From: Gammaproteobacteria bacterium
GTDB taxonomy: Bacteria > Pseudomonadota > Gammaproteobacteria > Eutrophobiales > Eutrophobiaceae
Length of the DNA stretch: 64,000 nt
Direction: 5' to 3'
Assembly (NCBI GenBank): GCA_026710545.1
Contig: JAPOQU010000069.1
Coordinates: 3,791 to 67,790, forward strand
Part shown: positions 7,730 through 16,363 of the stretch, in pieces
Layout of the letters: each line of letters starts with the position of its first letter
How positions within the stretch are numbered: the first letter of the stretch is position 1
Made by a program: the position numbers and the translations under genes
Notes under the pieces: model-generated
What the model saw: only the letters and a program-made list of their open reading frames with translations
The model's database searches: none
Told to the model about the DNA's origin: nothing

Positions 7730-9028
7730 ATGACCCAAGTCAACTTCACCAGCGAACACAACAGCCTGGCCGCGGCCCGGCAGTTCGACCAGGCCGATGA
7801 ACTGGCCGGGTTCCGCGCCGAATTCACCTTCCCCAAGAACTCCGAAGGCGAACCGCTGCTGTATTTTGCCGGCCACTCGCTCGGACTCATGCCCAACGGC
7901 GCCCGCGAGATGCTGAACGCCGAGTGCGATGCTTGGGGCAAATATGCCGTCAAGGGCCACTTCGAAGCCGATCATCCCTGGGCCCGGTCTCACACCTTTG
8001 TCGCGGACAGCCTGGCGCGCATCGCCGGGGCGAAGCCCGGTGAAGTCGTGGCGATGAACACGCTCACCGTCAACCTGCACCTGATGCTGGTCAGCTTCTA
8101 CCGCCCGACCCGGAACCGTTACAAGATCCTCATTGAGAAAAACGCTTTTCCCTCGGACCAGTACGCGGTCGACTCGCAAGCCCGCTTCCATGGGTTCGAC
8201 CCCGGTGACGCCATTGTCGAACTGCAACCGGAACCGGGGCGACTGGCCATGACCGACCAGGACGTGCTGGAGCAGATCGAGGCGGTGGGCGACGAACTGG
8301 CCCTGGTGATGCTGGGCAACTGCAACTACCTCTCCGGCCAGTGCTTCGATATGCGGGCCATCACCGAACTGGGGCACAGGATGGGCGCCATGGTCGGCTT
8401 CAACCTGGCCCACGGCGCCGGCAACATCCTGCTTGACCTGCACGATGATAACGCCGATTTTGCCGTCTGGTGCTGCTACAAGTTCCTCAACGCCGGTCCC
8501 GGCGGCATCGCCGCGGCGTTTGTCCACGAACGCCATCACGGCAGGGGCGACATCCCGCGCTTCGAAGGCTGGTGGGGCACAAAGGAGCAGGACCGCTTCA
8601 AAATGCGGCGCAGGATAGACCCCATCCCGACCGCGGAAGCCTGGGCCATGTCTAACCCGCCCATCTTCCAGATGAGCGCGCTGCGCCCCAGCCTGGAACT
8701 GTTCGACGCCGCGACCATGCCCAGGTTGCGGGAGAAGAGCGTCAAACTCACCTCATATCTGGAATGGTTATTGAAAGAAAACGCCGGCGACTTCGTAGAG
8801 GTAATGACACCCCCGCATTCACCGGAAAAGCAGACCCGCGGCTGCACCCTGTCCCTGCGCTTCAGGAAAGACCCCCGGGGCATGCTGCAGGTCCTGTCCG
8901 AGAAGGGCGCAGTCACAGACTTCAGGGAACCGGACATCATCCGCCTGGCGCCCATCCCGCTGTATAACAGCTTCGAGGATGTGTACCGGTTCAGTGAGAT
9001 CGTGGCGGGGTTTTGCGATAGTGTATAG
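7730..9028 (+). CDS. kynU: kynureninase
   Basis: ORF track starts at TTG 7712. The in-frame ATG 7730 gives MTQVNFTSEH... It has YFAGHSLGLMP and CCYKFLNAGPGGIAAAFVHERH (PLP-lysine region). Confidence 0.9.
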   Translation: MTQVNFTSEHNSLAAARQFDQADELAGFRAEFTFPKNSEGEPLLYFAGHSLGLMPNGAREMLNAECDAWGKYAVKGHFEADHPWARSHTFVADSLARIAGAKPGEVVAMNTLTVNLHLMLVSFYRPTRNRYKILIEKNAFPSDQYAVDSQARFHGFDPGDAIVELQPEPGRLAMTDQDVLEQIEAVGDELALVMLGNCNYLSGQCFDMRAITELGHRMGAMVGFNLAHGAGNILLDLHDDNADFAVWCCYKFLNAGPGGIAAAFVHERHHGRGDIPRFEGWWGTKEQDRFKMRRRIDPIPTAEAWAMSNPPIFQMSALRPSLELFDAATMPRLREKSVKLTSYLEWLLKENAGDFVEVMTPPHSPEKQTRGCTLSLRFRKDPRGMLQVLSEKGAVTDFREPDIIRLAPIPLYNSFEDVYRFSEIVAGFCDSV

Positions 9029-9175
9029 CAGCAAATGACCCAACATTATCACGTATATAAAAAACATCTATGACGAGAGGGAATTGATATCGGAAGCAAC
9101 TGTTAAGGATTTCTTAATAGTTCATCAGGAGGGCAACGAATCGTCAGACAAGCCAGTAAACTTTTATAATCTTAT

Positions 9176-9204
9176 TTGACACGGCTGTACCAGGCTGGTA
9201 GTTT
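9176..9204 (+). promoter_or_regulatory. putative sigma70 promoter (TTGACA-17 nt-TAGTTT) with embedded palindrome TACCAG-g-CTGGTA upstream of the toxin-antitoxin pair
   Basis: Hexamers and the 6-bp inverted repeat (9188..9200) were read directly. The operator role for the antitoxin is inference. Confidence 0.35.
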
Positions 9205-9222
9205 GCTGCTTATATAAATGTA

Positions 9223-9528
9223 ATGAGAAAAGCTGTGTTTTCAATGGATACCGTTCATCCAATCTCTGATTTCAGCAGCAGGCCTGAAGAATATATTAAA
9301 CGGCTGAAAGCCACTGGGAAACCGGAAATCCTGACCGTCAATGGCAAGGCCGAAGTTATCATTCAGGATGCCCGGGCTTATGAGGATATGATGAATCTTC
9401 TGGACTCACTGGAAAAGACAGCTCATGCAGCCAGGGAACATGAGGAAGGGAAAGGGATTGCCGCCGACGATGCCTTTTGCACCTTAAGCAAACGCATCTC
9501 CGGCAAATTTCCCGATGCCGATCTATAA
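9223..9528 (+). CDS. Phd/YefM-family type II antitoxin
   Basis: 101-aa ORF with HPISDFSSRPEEYIKRLKATGKPEILTVNGKAEVIIQDARAYEDMMNLLDSLE. It overlaps the downstream toxin gene by 14 nt. Confidence 0.75.
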   Translation: MRKAVFSMDTVHPISDFSSRPEEYIKRLKATGKPEILTVNGKAEVIIQDARAYEDMMNLLDSLEKTAHAAREHEEGKGIAADDAFCTLSKRISGKFPDADL

Positions 9529-9832
9529 GATCAGTATCCCTCCCTCAGTCATCACAGAACTCGAAGATTATTTCGATTTTATAGCCCGGGATTCCATAAC
9601 CAACGCGATACGCTGGTACCGAAACATCCAGGATAAAATACTCTCCCTGAAACAAAATCCCAGGCGCTGCCCGGTAGCCATTGAAAGCCGCTATCGTAGT
9701 TACGAAATTCGACATCTTATAGTCGGGCAATATCGAGTGCTGTTTCGTATCCAGGGTGATACCGTAGAAGTGCTGCATGTCCGTCATGGGAGTAGAAAGA
9801 GAGAACTGCCTGGGTCATCACCGGATCGATGA
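9515..9832 (+). CDS. RelE/ParE-family type II toxin
   Basis: 105-aa ORF with IRWYRNIQDKILSLKQNPRRCP...YEIRHLIVGQYRVLFRIQGDTVEVLHVRHGSR, a typical ParE-like C-terminus. Confidence 0.8.
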   Translation: MPIYKISIPPSVITELEDYFDFIARDSITNAIRWYRNIQDKILSLKQNPRRCPVAIESRYRSYEIRHLIVGQYRVLFRIQGDTVEVLHVRHGSRKRELPGSSPDR

Positions 9833-9890
9833 CATTATTTTGTTCAGTGTATTCAACAAAACTCTCTTATCTACGCCGGTTGAACACTAG

Positions 9891-9940
9891 TTGACTTGAC
9901 CTGCTTGAAAACGGTATAGTTTCAAATGTAACTAATTGCA
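9891..9940 (+). promoter_or_regulatory. putative promoter (TTGACT-18 nt-TATAGT) plus operator TATAGTTTCAAATGTAACTAATTGCA upstream of the FAH gene
   Basis: The motif at 9915..9940 is 24/26 identical to 7691..7716. It is followed by the SD GGAGGA and GTG 9954 after the same 13-nt spacing. Confidence 0.5.
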
Positions 9941-9953
9941 GGAGGAGAAAGCT

Positions 9954-10946
9954 GTGAAACTGGCCAGTCTTAAAGAGGGAGGGCGCGACGGCACCCTGGT
10001 AGTAGTCAATCGCGACATGAGCAAGGCCGTCAAGGTTCCTGACATCGCGCCGACCATGCAGGCGGCGCTGGAAGAGTGGGCGGATACGGAACCTGCCCTG
10101 GTAGAAGTCTTCGACCGGCTCCAGGCAGGAAACGTTGACGATGCCTTCGATTTCGACCCGAAACAGGTGGCCGCGCCCCTCCCCCGCTCCTACCACTGGG
10201 CGGACGGCAGCGCCTACGTTACCCACGTGGAACTGGTGCGCAAGGCGCGCGGGGCGGAACTGCCCGATTCCTTCTGGACCGATCCGCTCATGTACATGGG
10301 CGCTTCCGATGTGTTTCTCGGCCCCTGCGACGATATCCCGCTGGAGAGCGAGGAGTGGGGCATAGACTTTGAATCCGAGGTGGCGATCTTCACCGACGAC
10401 GTGCCCGCAGGCATCACCCCCGAACAGGCAAAGGCGCATATCAAGCTCGTCACCATCATCAACGACGTATCGCTCCGGAACCTGATCCCCAAGGAACTGG
10501 CCAAACAGTTCGGCTTTTACCAGTCCAAGCCGCATACCGCGTTCGCGCCCGTTGCCGTTACGCCGGACGAACTGGGCGATGCCTGGGACGGCGGCAAGAT
10601 CCACCTGCCCCTGCATTCCATCATGAACGGTGTAAAACTGGGGTCGCCCAACGCCGGTGTCGACAATACCTTCGACCTGCCCCGCTTGATCTCCCACGCG
10701 GCCAAATCACGCCCGCTCATGGCGGGAACGGTGGTCGGGTCGGGGACCGTTGCCAACGTAGGCAGCAAGGACGGCTCGTCCTGTATCTCCGAGATCCGCT
10801 GCCTGGAGACCATCGCCGACGGCAAACCCACGACGGAATTCATGAAGTTCGGCGATCGTATCGAGATCGAGATGTTCGATGAAAACGGCGCCTCCATCTT
10901 CGGCAGGATCGACCAGATCGTCACCCGGTACCACCCGCCGAGATGA
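9954..10946 (+). CDS. fumarylacetoacetate hydrolase (short FAH-family type)
   Basis: ORF track starts at TTG 9936. GTG 9954 follows the SD GGAGGA. It has an FAH-fold C-terminal half and lies between hmgA and maiA. Confidence 0.8.
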   Translation: MKLASLKEGGRDGTLVVVNRDMSKAVKVPDIAPTMQAALEEWADTEPALVEVFDRLQAGNVDDAFDFDPKQVAAPLPRSYHWADGSAYVTHVELVRKARGAELPDSFWTDPLMYMGASDVFLGPCDDIPLESEEWGIDFESEVAIFTDDVPAGITPEQAKAHIKLVTIINDVSLRNLIPKELAKQFGFYQSKPHTAFAPVAVTPDELGDAWDGGKIHLPLHSIMNGVKLGSPNAGVDNTFDLPRLISHAAKSRPLMAGTVVGSGTVANVGSKDGSSCISEIRCLETIADGKPTTEFMKFGDRIEIEMFDENGASIFGRIDQIVTRYHPPR

Positions 10947-10947
10947 T

Positions 10948-11595
10948 ATGAAACTGTATGGCTACTGGCGTTCATCGGCAGCCTACCGGGTACGCATCGC
11001 ACTCAACCTGAAAGGGCTGGATTACGAGGTGGCGCCGGTACACCTGCTGAAAGACGGCGGCGAGCAACTCCAGGCCGAATACCAGGCGATTAACCCCCAG
11101 GGCGTCGTCCCTGCCCTGGTGGACGGGGACGTCAGCATCGGCCAGTCGCTCGCCATCATGGATTACCTGGAAACCAGGTACCCGGAACCGCCCCTGTACC
11201 CGCAATCGGTTGAGGCGCGCGCATTTGCCCAGCAACTAGCCCTGGTGGTCGCCTGCGATATCCACCCGCTGAATAACCTGCGCGTGCTGAAATACCTGAA
11301 ACGCACCCTGGAACAGGGCGACGAAGCAAGGAATGACTGGTATCACCACTGGGTAAAAGGAGGATTTACGGCAATGGAGAAACTATTGGACGGCAGGGAC
11401 TGGCAAGGCCCCTACTGCCTGGACGGACAGGTGACCATTACCGATGCCTGCCTGATACCGCAGATCTACAACGCCCGCCGCTTCGAAATAGCGATGGATG
11501 AATTCCCCAGCCTGGTCAAAATCGAACAGGCGTGCATGGAACTGGAGGCGTTCCGGAGCGCGGCCCCGGAAAACCAGGTGGATGCAAATACATGA
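10948..11595 (+). CDS. maiA: maleylacetoacetate isomerase (GST zeta class)
   Basis: The true start is ATG 10948, 1 nt after the FAH stop: MKLYGYWRSSAAYRVRIALNLKGL..INPQGVVPAL. The longer ORF-track version (10879) overlaps the FAH gene. Confidence 0.9.
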   Translation: MKLYGYWRSSAAYRVRIALNLKGLDYEVAPVHLLKDGGEQLQAEYQAINPQGVVPALVDGDVSIGQSLAIMDYLETRYPEPPLYPQSVEARAFAQQLALVVACDIHPLNNLRVLKYLKRTLEQGDEARNDWYHHWVKGGFTAMEKLLDGRDWQGPYCLDGQVTITDACLIPQIYNARRFEIAMDEFPSLVKIEQACMELEAFRSAAPENQVDANT

Positions 11596-11607
11596 GAGGA
11601 GTAAACC

Positions 11608-12306
11608 ATGTCCGGATTTGACAAAACAGTAAACAGTTACGCCGAGGCGCTGGACGGACTGCAGGACGGCATGACCATCATCGCCGGCGGCTTCGGCCTG
11701 TGCGGCATCCCGGAAGGCTGCATCGCCCGTATCAGGGAAATGGGCGTGCGCGACCTGACCATCATCTCCAACAACTGCGGGGTGGACGACTTCGGCCTGG
11801 GCCTGTTGCTGGAACACAAGCAGATAAAGAAAATGGTGTCCTCCTACGTCGGCGAGAACGCCCTGTTCGAGGAACAACTGCTCAACGGCGAACTGGAAGT
11901 GGAACTCACGCCCCAGGGCACGCTGGCGGAGAAGATGCGGGCCGGCGGCGCCGGCATCCCGGCATTCTACACCGCCACCGGCTACGGCACACCCGTCGGG
12001 GAAGGCAAGGAGGTACGCGAGTTCAACGGCCGCCAATACATCCTGGAGGAAGCCGTCACCGGCGACTTCGCCATCGTCAAGGGCTGGAAGGCGGACCGTT
12101 ACGGCAACGTCATCTACCGGCACACGGCGCAGAATTTCAACCCCATGGCCGCCACCGCCGGCAAGATCACCGTGGTCGAAGTGGAGGAACTTGTGGAACC
12201 CGGTGAACTGGACCCCACCGGCATCCACACGCCGGGCATCTACGTGGACCGGCTCGTCCAGGGCACTTTTGAGAAACGCATCGAACAACGCACCATAACG
12301 GAGTAA
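11608..12306 (+). CDS. scoA: 3-oxoacid (succinyl-CoA:acetoacetate) CoA-transferase subunit A
   Basis: 232-aa ORF with [59 protein letters not shown]. Confidence 0.9.
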   Translation: MSGFDKTVNSYAEALDGLQDGMTIIAGGFGLCGIPEGCIARIREMGVRDLTIISNNCGVDDFGLGLLLEHKQIKKMVSSYVGENALFEEQLLNGELEVELTPQGTLAEKMRAGGAGIPAFYTATGYGTPVGEGKEVREFNGRQYILEEAVTGDFAIVKGWKADRYGNVIYRHTAQNFNPMAATAGKITVVEVEELVEPGELDPTGIHTPGIYVDRLVQGTFEKRIEQRTITE

Positions 12307-12310
12307 TCCC

Positions 12311-12967
12311 ATGGCACTCTCCCGTGAACAACTGGCAATGCGCGTCGCCCGTGAACTGCAGGACGGCTATTACGTCAACCTCGGCATCGGCATCCCCACC
12401 CTGGTCGCCAACTACATCCCTGACGGCATGGAAGTGATGCTGCAATCGGAAAACGGCCTGCTCGGCATGGGGCCGTTCCCCACCGAGGAGCAACTGGACG
12501 CGGACATGATCAACGCCGGCAAACAAACCGTTACGGCCATTACCGGCGCCTCCATCTTCAACTCCGCGGAATCCTTCGCCATGATCCGCGGCGGCCACGT
12601 GGACCTCACGGTACTGGGCGCATTCGAAGTGGACGTGGAGGGCAACATCGCCTCCTGGATGATCCCGGGCAAACTGATAAAAGGCATGGGCGGCGCCATG
12701 GACCTGGTTGCGGGCGCAGACAACATCATTGTTACCATGACCCATGCCAGCAAGAAAGGCGCATCGAAACTGCTGCCGAAATGTACACTGCCGCTGACCG
12801 GCGCCGGGTGTATTCACAAGGTGGTGACCGACCTGGCCTACGTCGAGATCGAGGACGGGAAGTTCTGGTTGAAGGAACGGGCGCCGGGGGTGAGTGTGGA
12901 TGAGATTGTGGCGAAGACTGCCGGGGAGATGGTGGTGCCGGAAACGGTCCCGGAGATGGGGTTTTGA
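12311..12967 (+). CDS. scoB: 3-oxoacid CoA-transferase subunit B (intact copy)
   Basis: 218-aa ORF with YVNLGIGIPTLVANYIP..LQSENGLLGMGP (catalytic Glu motif). It starts 4 nt after scoA. Confidence 0.9.
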   Translation: MALSREQLAMRVARELQDGYYVNLGIGIPTLVANYIPDGMEVMLQSENGLLGMGPFPTEEQLDADMINAGKQTVTAITGASIFNSAESFAMIRGGHVDLTVLGAFEVDVEGNIASWMIPGKLIKGMGGAMDLVAGADNIIVTMTHASKKGASKLLPKCTLPLTGAGCIHKVVTDLAYVEIEDGKFWLKERAPGVSVDEIVAKTAGEMVVPETVPEMGF

Positions 12968-12988
12968 GTAAGTCTTGACGCGTGGCTG

Positions 12989-13270
12989 CTATGATTTGAA
13001 AAATGTATATAGCTGGACAATAAAAAAAGCGATTGCAGGTAAACCTAAAAATAGAGTAAGAACCGATTTCAGTATCCAGTTTTTTAATTTCTCTATATCT
13101 TCCTTAGTAGCCATAGTGTCTGCCATATTTTCCATTCGCTCTTGAATTACAGCCAGCTGAATTTCAACATTGCGCAACCTGGCTTCCCAATCTCCAGATC
13201 CATTTCCATTATCATGCGCAACTGCGCGACTCCTTTCTGGGCGCCGACCAAACTCCGCAATATTAGACAC
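12989..13270 (-). CDS. hypothetical small protein: coiled-coil N-terminus plus C-terminal transmembrane helix (XhlA-like layout)
   Basis: 93 codons with a GTG start overlapping the upstream ORF stop by 8 nt. It reads ...ARLRNVEIQLAVIQERMENMADTMATKEDIEKLKNWILKSVLTLFLGLPAIAFFIV. The DNA is AT-rich. Confidence 0.45.
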   Translation of the reverse strand: MSNIAEFGRRPERSRAVAHDNGNGSGDWEARLRNVEIQLAVIQERMENMADTMATKEDIEKLKNWILKSVLTLFLGLPAIAFFIVQLYTFFKS

Positions 13271-13538
13271 TATTTTTCTTCTCCTGACGCGCTAACCATT
13301 CCCACAATGTATTGTTATGCCAGCCATCATACCACTCTACAGATATAACAATTCCAGTGACTTTTTCCTCGTCGTTCATCCCAACTATATCGGAAATTTC
13401 TGCTGTTATATCAACATCTTTACCTGAGAAAAAAGCCAAACGGTCGTCAACGATGTAGTACGAACTTGCAGGGAATTGTTTTAATTTTTCCCAATCGTCA
13501 GGAGTAGGTTCAGAGAGAATAATAGCAAAAGTAGCCAT
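13263..13538 (-). CDS. hypothetical small acidic cytoplasmic protein
   Basis: 91-aa ORF with no recognised motif. It is translationally coupled to 12989..13270. Confidence 0.45.
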   Translation of the reverse strand: MATFAIILSEPTPDDWEKLKQFPASSYYIVDDRLAFFSGKDVDITAEISDIVGMNDEEKVTGIVISVEWYDGWHNNTLWEWLARQEKKNSV

Positions 13539-13812
13539 ACAATATACGCTCAGCTATCCATCACGATAGCAGCTTATTTGTGAAAGAAAATATAGCTTTG
13601 ATTCAGTGAATAAAGTGTACCATCCTTACAAGGGTGAATCTATCTGTAGAATGTGGTATCCAACAAATTCTACAATAAAAACTTGTCAGAACTCATAAAT
13701 CACACAACTCACGCCGCCCTCGCAAACTCACCATCATTCTCATGATTGAGTTTCGACTTGGAATCACAGGTGTGCGAATAGCAACGCCATCCACGTACGT
13801 AATTTGTTATTG

Positions 13813-15759
13813 TTAACCGGTTAGGATTGCCTTTAACCTGTCATGCTGCTCCTTGATCCATTGCGCGACTTCCGGCCATTCACTTTCGTCGTCGCCGGTC
13901 CAGTGTCTTCGGACAGTCACTGACCTGCCTTTCATGCTCTCCCCCTCCAGGTTCTCTCCAAGTTCCTGGTCACTCATCTCTGTGCGGATAGCCCTTGAGT
14001 ATCCTTGTACTCGCCTCATCATTTCTTCCGCCGACTCGTCTCGGGTTTTCCAGACTTTGATATACAGCCAAAGCGATTCAGGATTTCCGACATATATGCC
14101 TATCCGGTCGCCGGTTGAGTTCAAAGCATCCGTCCATTGGTTTCCGCCTCGCCAGTCGTCCTTCTGTCCTGGTACACCACCCGTTTGTAATTTGAGAAAT
14201 CTCCAAAAGCGCTGAGAGTGGTTGTTGTCATCGAACTCAACATCGATCCTGACATCGCATCGTCTGCCCATTTCCTGACAACGCTCCGCGCTGGCCGGAT
14301 AGTCCCTTGCATAAGGATACAAGACGTACTCGCTATGACCCGGCACCGCGCGCAAGGTGCGTGTTCCGGCCATACTTCCGGCGGGATATCGACTAGCCGA
14401 TTGCAAGTCATAGGTAACTGCTTCCCCGGAGAGTCGTTCAGCGTTCGCCGGGTCCCGGTCCAGGAGCGTGGCAGCGACGTTCAGCACCATGTCGCTCGCA
14501 GCGCTCTCGGTACGCCATGGACTTTCTTCGATGCGCCACCTGAGACCCGAGTCACGTGCCTGCGTATCGCGCTTGCCGGCTCCCTGATCCTGCCACGGCC
14601 AGCAATCCAACGCCCTGAGTGTTAACTCTTCAGCGCTTCGTTCCAGCGCCTCTTCGTCCCATGTATTTTCTTGCGCGAGACGACGCGTAATACCTATTGC
14701 GCTCCTCTTATACATTTCCCGTTTTGCATTGAACGTGATAGTACCCATGCTCGAGTTCGTGGCATCTCCGCTCAAGGTCAGATTTGCGAGGCGGTCGCGA
14801 TAGCGTCCGTGTATTTCTTCAGCGCTGTCCCCCAAGTAGCTTCTCCACCCATTTGTCAACTTCTGCGGCATCACATGCTCAATCGTCAGGCGCTCCCGGG
14901 CCGGAGACTCTTCCTTATGTTCTGCTTCCATAAGCGCACATAACACCGCGAACGATGAACGGGTGGCACTGGCCCCGTAAGCCTTCCGGGTGCGGATGCC
15001 CTCACGAACTTCCTCATCACTTGGGACACCAACACGTGAGTTTCGGAGTCTTCGAATCCGGCCAAGCCAGTATTGCGGATAATCTTCATCAGTGTTTGGT
15101 CCAGGCCCATGGGCAAGCTCCGCCACAGATCTGTTCATCCCGGCTGTTGGCCGGTCTGCCAGCCATAGCCGGGTGATCCATGTTCCAATGCTTGAAATTA
15201 CTTCAGCCAATTCTTCACTTGTCGTTCCCGTAGCATCATTCCGTGAAGCGTCATCAAGTAGCCGCAACGCCAAGGGACGGTGAACATCAATCCCCATTGC
15301 CCGTAAGTGCAAGAGCTTTTGTTCGACTTTCTTGTCAGGATGTTTCCCTGCCGTGCCGGTAATTATGCCGTAGAGTGACGCAAGTCGTGCAAGTTCTCTA
15401 CAAAGAGCGGGGCGATCCTTGGCAAATCCCTGCTGTACTGCCCAGCGCCGCAGTCCTTCATAGGCTTGATCGATTCCGATAACCTCACCGGTATGCCAGC
15501 GTAAGAAGTCTCGAAGAAACGTGTCTATGGGTTCACTCGCGTGTTCTGCTCCCAGTGCCCGTTCTATATCTCGCCAGTGCTTGTCATGTAGATATTGCTG
15601 CTCCGCATCAGGGAGACCCATCAGCAGCCAGTTTTTGACCTTCTCGCTCTCGGTGAGAGGGCGACCGGTAGCGTTCAGACTCTCGAAGATCTGTTGAGGG
15701 TCTTCCTTATTGCCCAGGCCAATGGTGACTACCCGAAATCGTTCGAGCCCCTTGAGCAA
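13813..15759 (-). pseudogene. N-terminally truncated GmrSD-like type IV restriction protein (rear of DUF262, DUF1524 His-Me nuclease, DUF4268-like tail)
   Basis: It begins inside the DUF262 domain at IFESLNATGRPLTESEKVKNWLL, so the QR/DGQQR half is missing. It keeps the nuclease motifs LTIEHVMPQKL and DRLANLTLSGDATN. The upstream sequence switches abruptly to scoB homology at 15758. Confidence 0.75.
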
Positions 15760-16274
15760 ACGGCCTGCTCGGCATGGGCCCGTTCCCCACCGAGGAGCAA
15801 CTGGACGCGGACATGATCAACGCCGGCAAACAGACGGTGACGGCCATTACCGGCGCATCCATTTTCAGTTCCGCAGAATCCTTCGCCATGATCCGCGGCG
15901 GCCACGTGGACCTCACCGTGCTGGGCGCATTCGAAGTGGACGTGGATGGCAACATCGCCTCCTGGATGATCCCGGGCAAACTGATAAAAGGCATGGGCGG
16001 CGCCATGGACCTGGTGGCCGGCGCGGACAACATCATTGTTACCATGACCCACGCCAGCAAGAAAGGCGCCTCAAAGCTGTTGCCGAAATGTACACTGCCG
16101 CTGACCGGCGCCGGGTGTATTCACAAGGTGGTGACCGACCTGGCCTACGTGGAGATCAATGACGGGAAGTTCTGGTTGAAGGAACGGGCGCCGGGGGTCA
16201 GTGTTGATGAGATTGTGGCGAAAACTGCGGGGGAGATGGTGGTGCCGGAGACAGTGGTGGAGATGGGTTTTTAG
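15758..16274 (+). pseudogene. scoB: displaced 3' fragment of scoB (codons ~48-218), diverged duplicate of 12451..12967
   Basis: The 166-aa ORF 15774..16274 differs from the intact ScoB C-terminus at only 4 residues. The 5' part of the gene is absent. Homology continues ~8 nt past the stop. Confidence 0.9.
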
Positions 16275-16363
16275 TAAGTACAGCTTTTTCTCATATTAGG
16301 AGCAGTTTCCTATCGACCTCAAGCCACAGTGAGACGGCTTCTTCCATCCTCTCCATTAACTGG

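Noticed and set aside
15707-16162. ORFs 15707..16060(-), 15729..16052(-) and 15710..16162(+) inside the scoB fragment
   Set aside because: They duplicate the antisense or off-frame ORFs seen over intact scoB (for example 12412..12753), so they are by-products of the duplicated sequence. Only the scoB frame (15774..16274) shows protein-like conservation.
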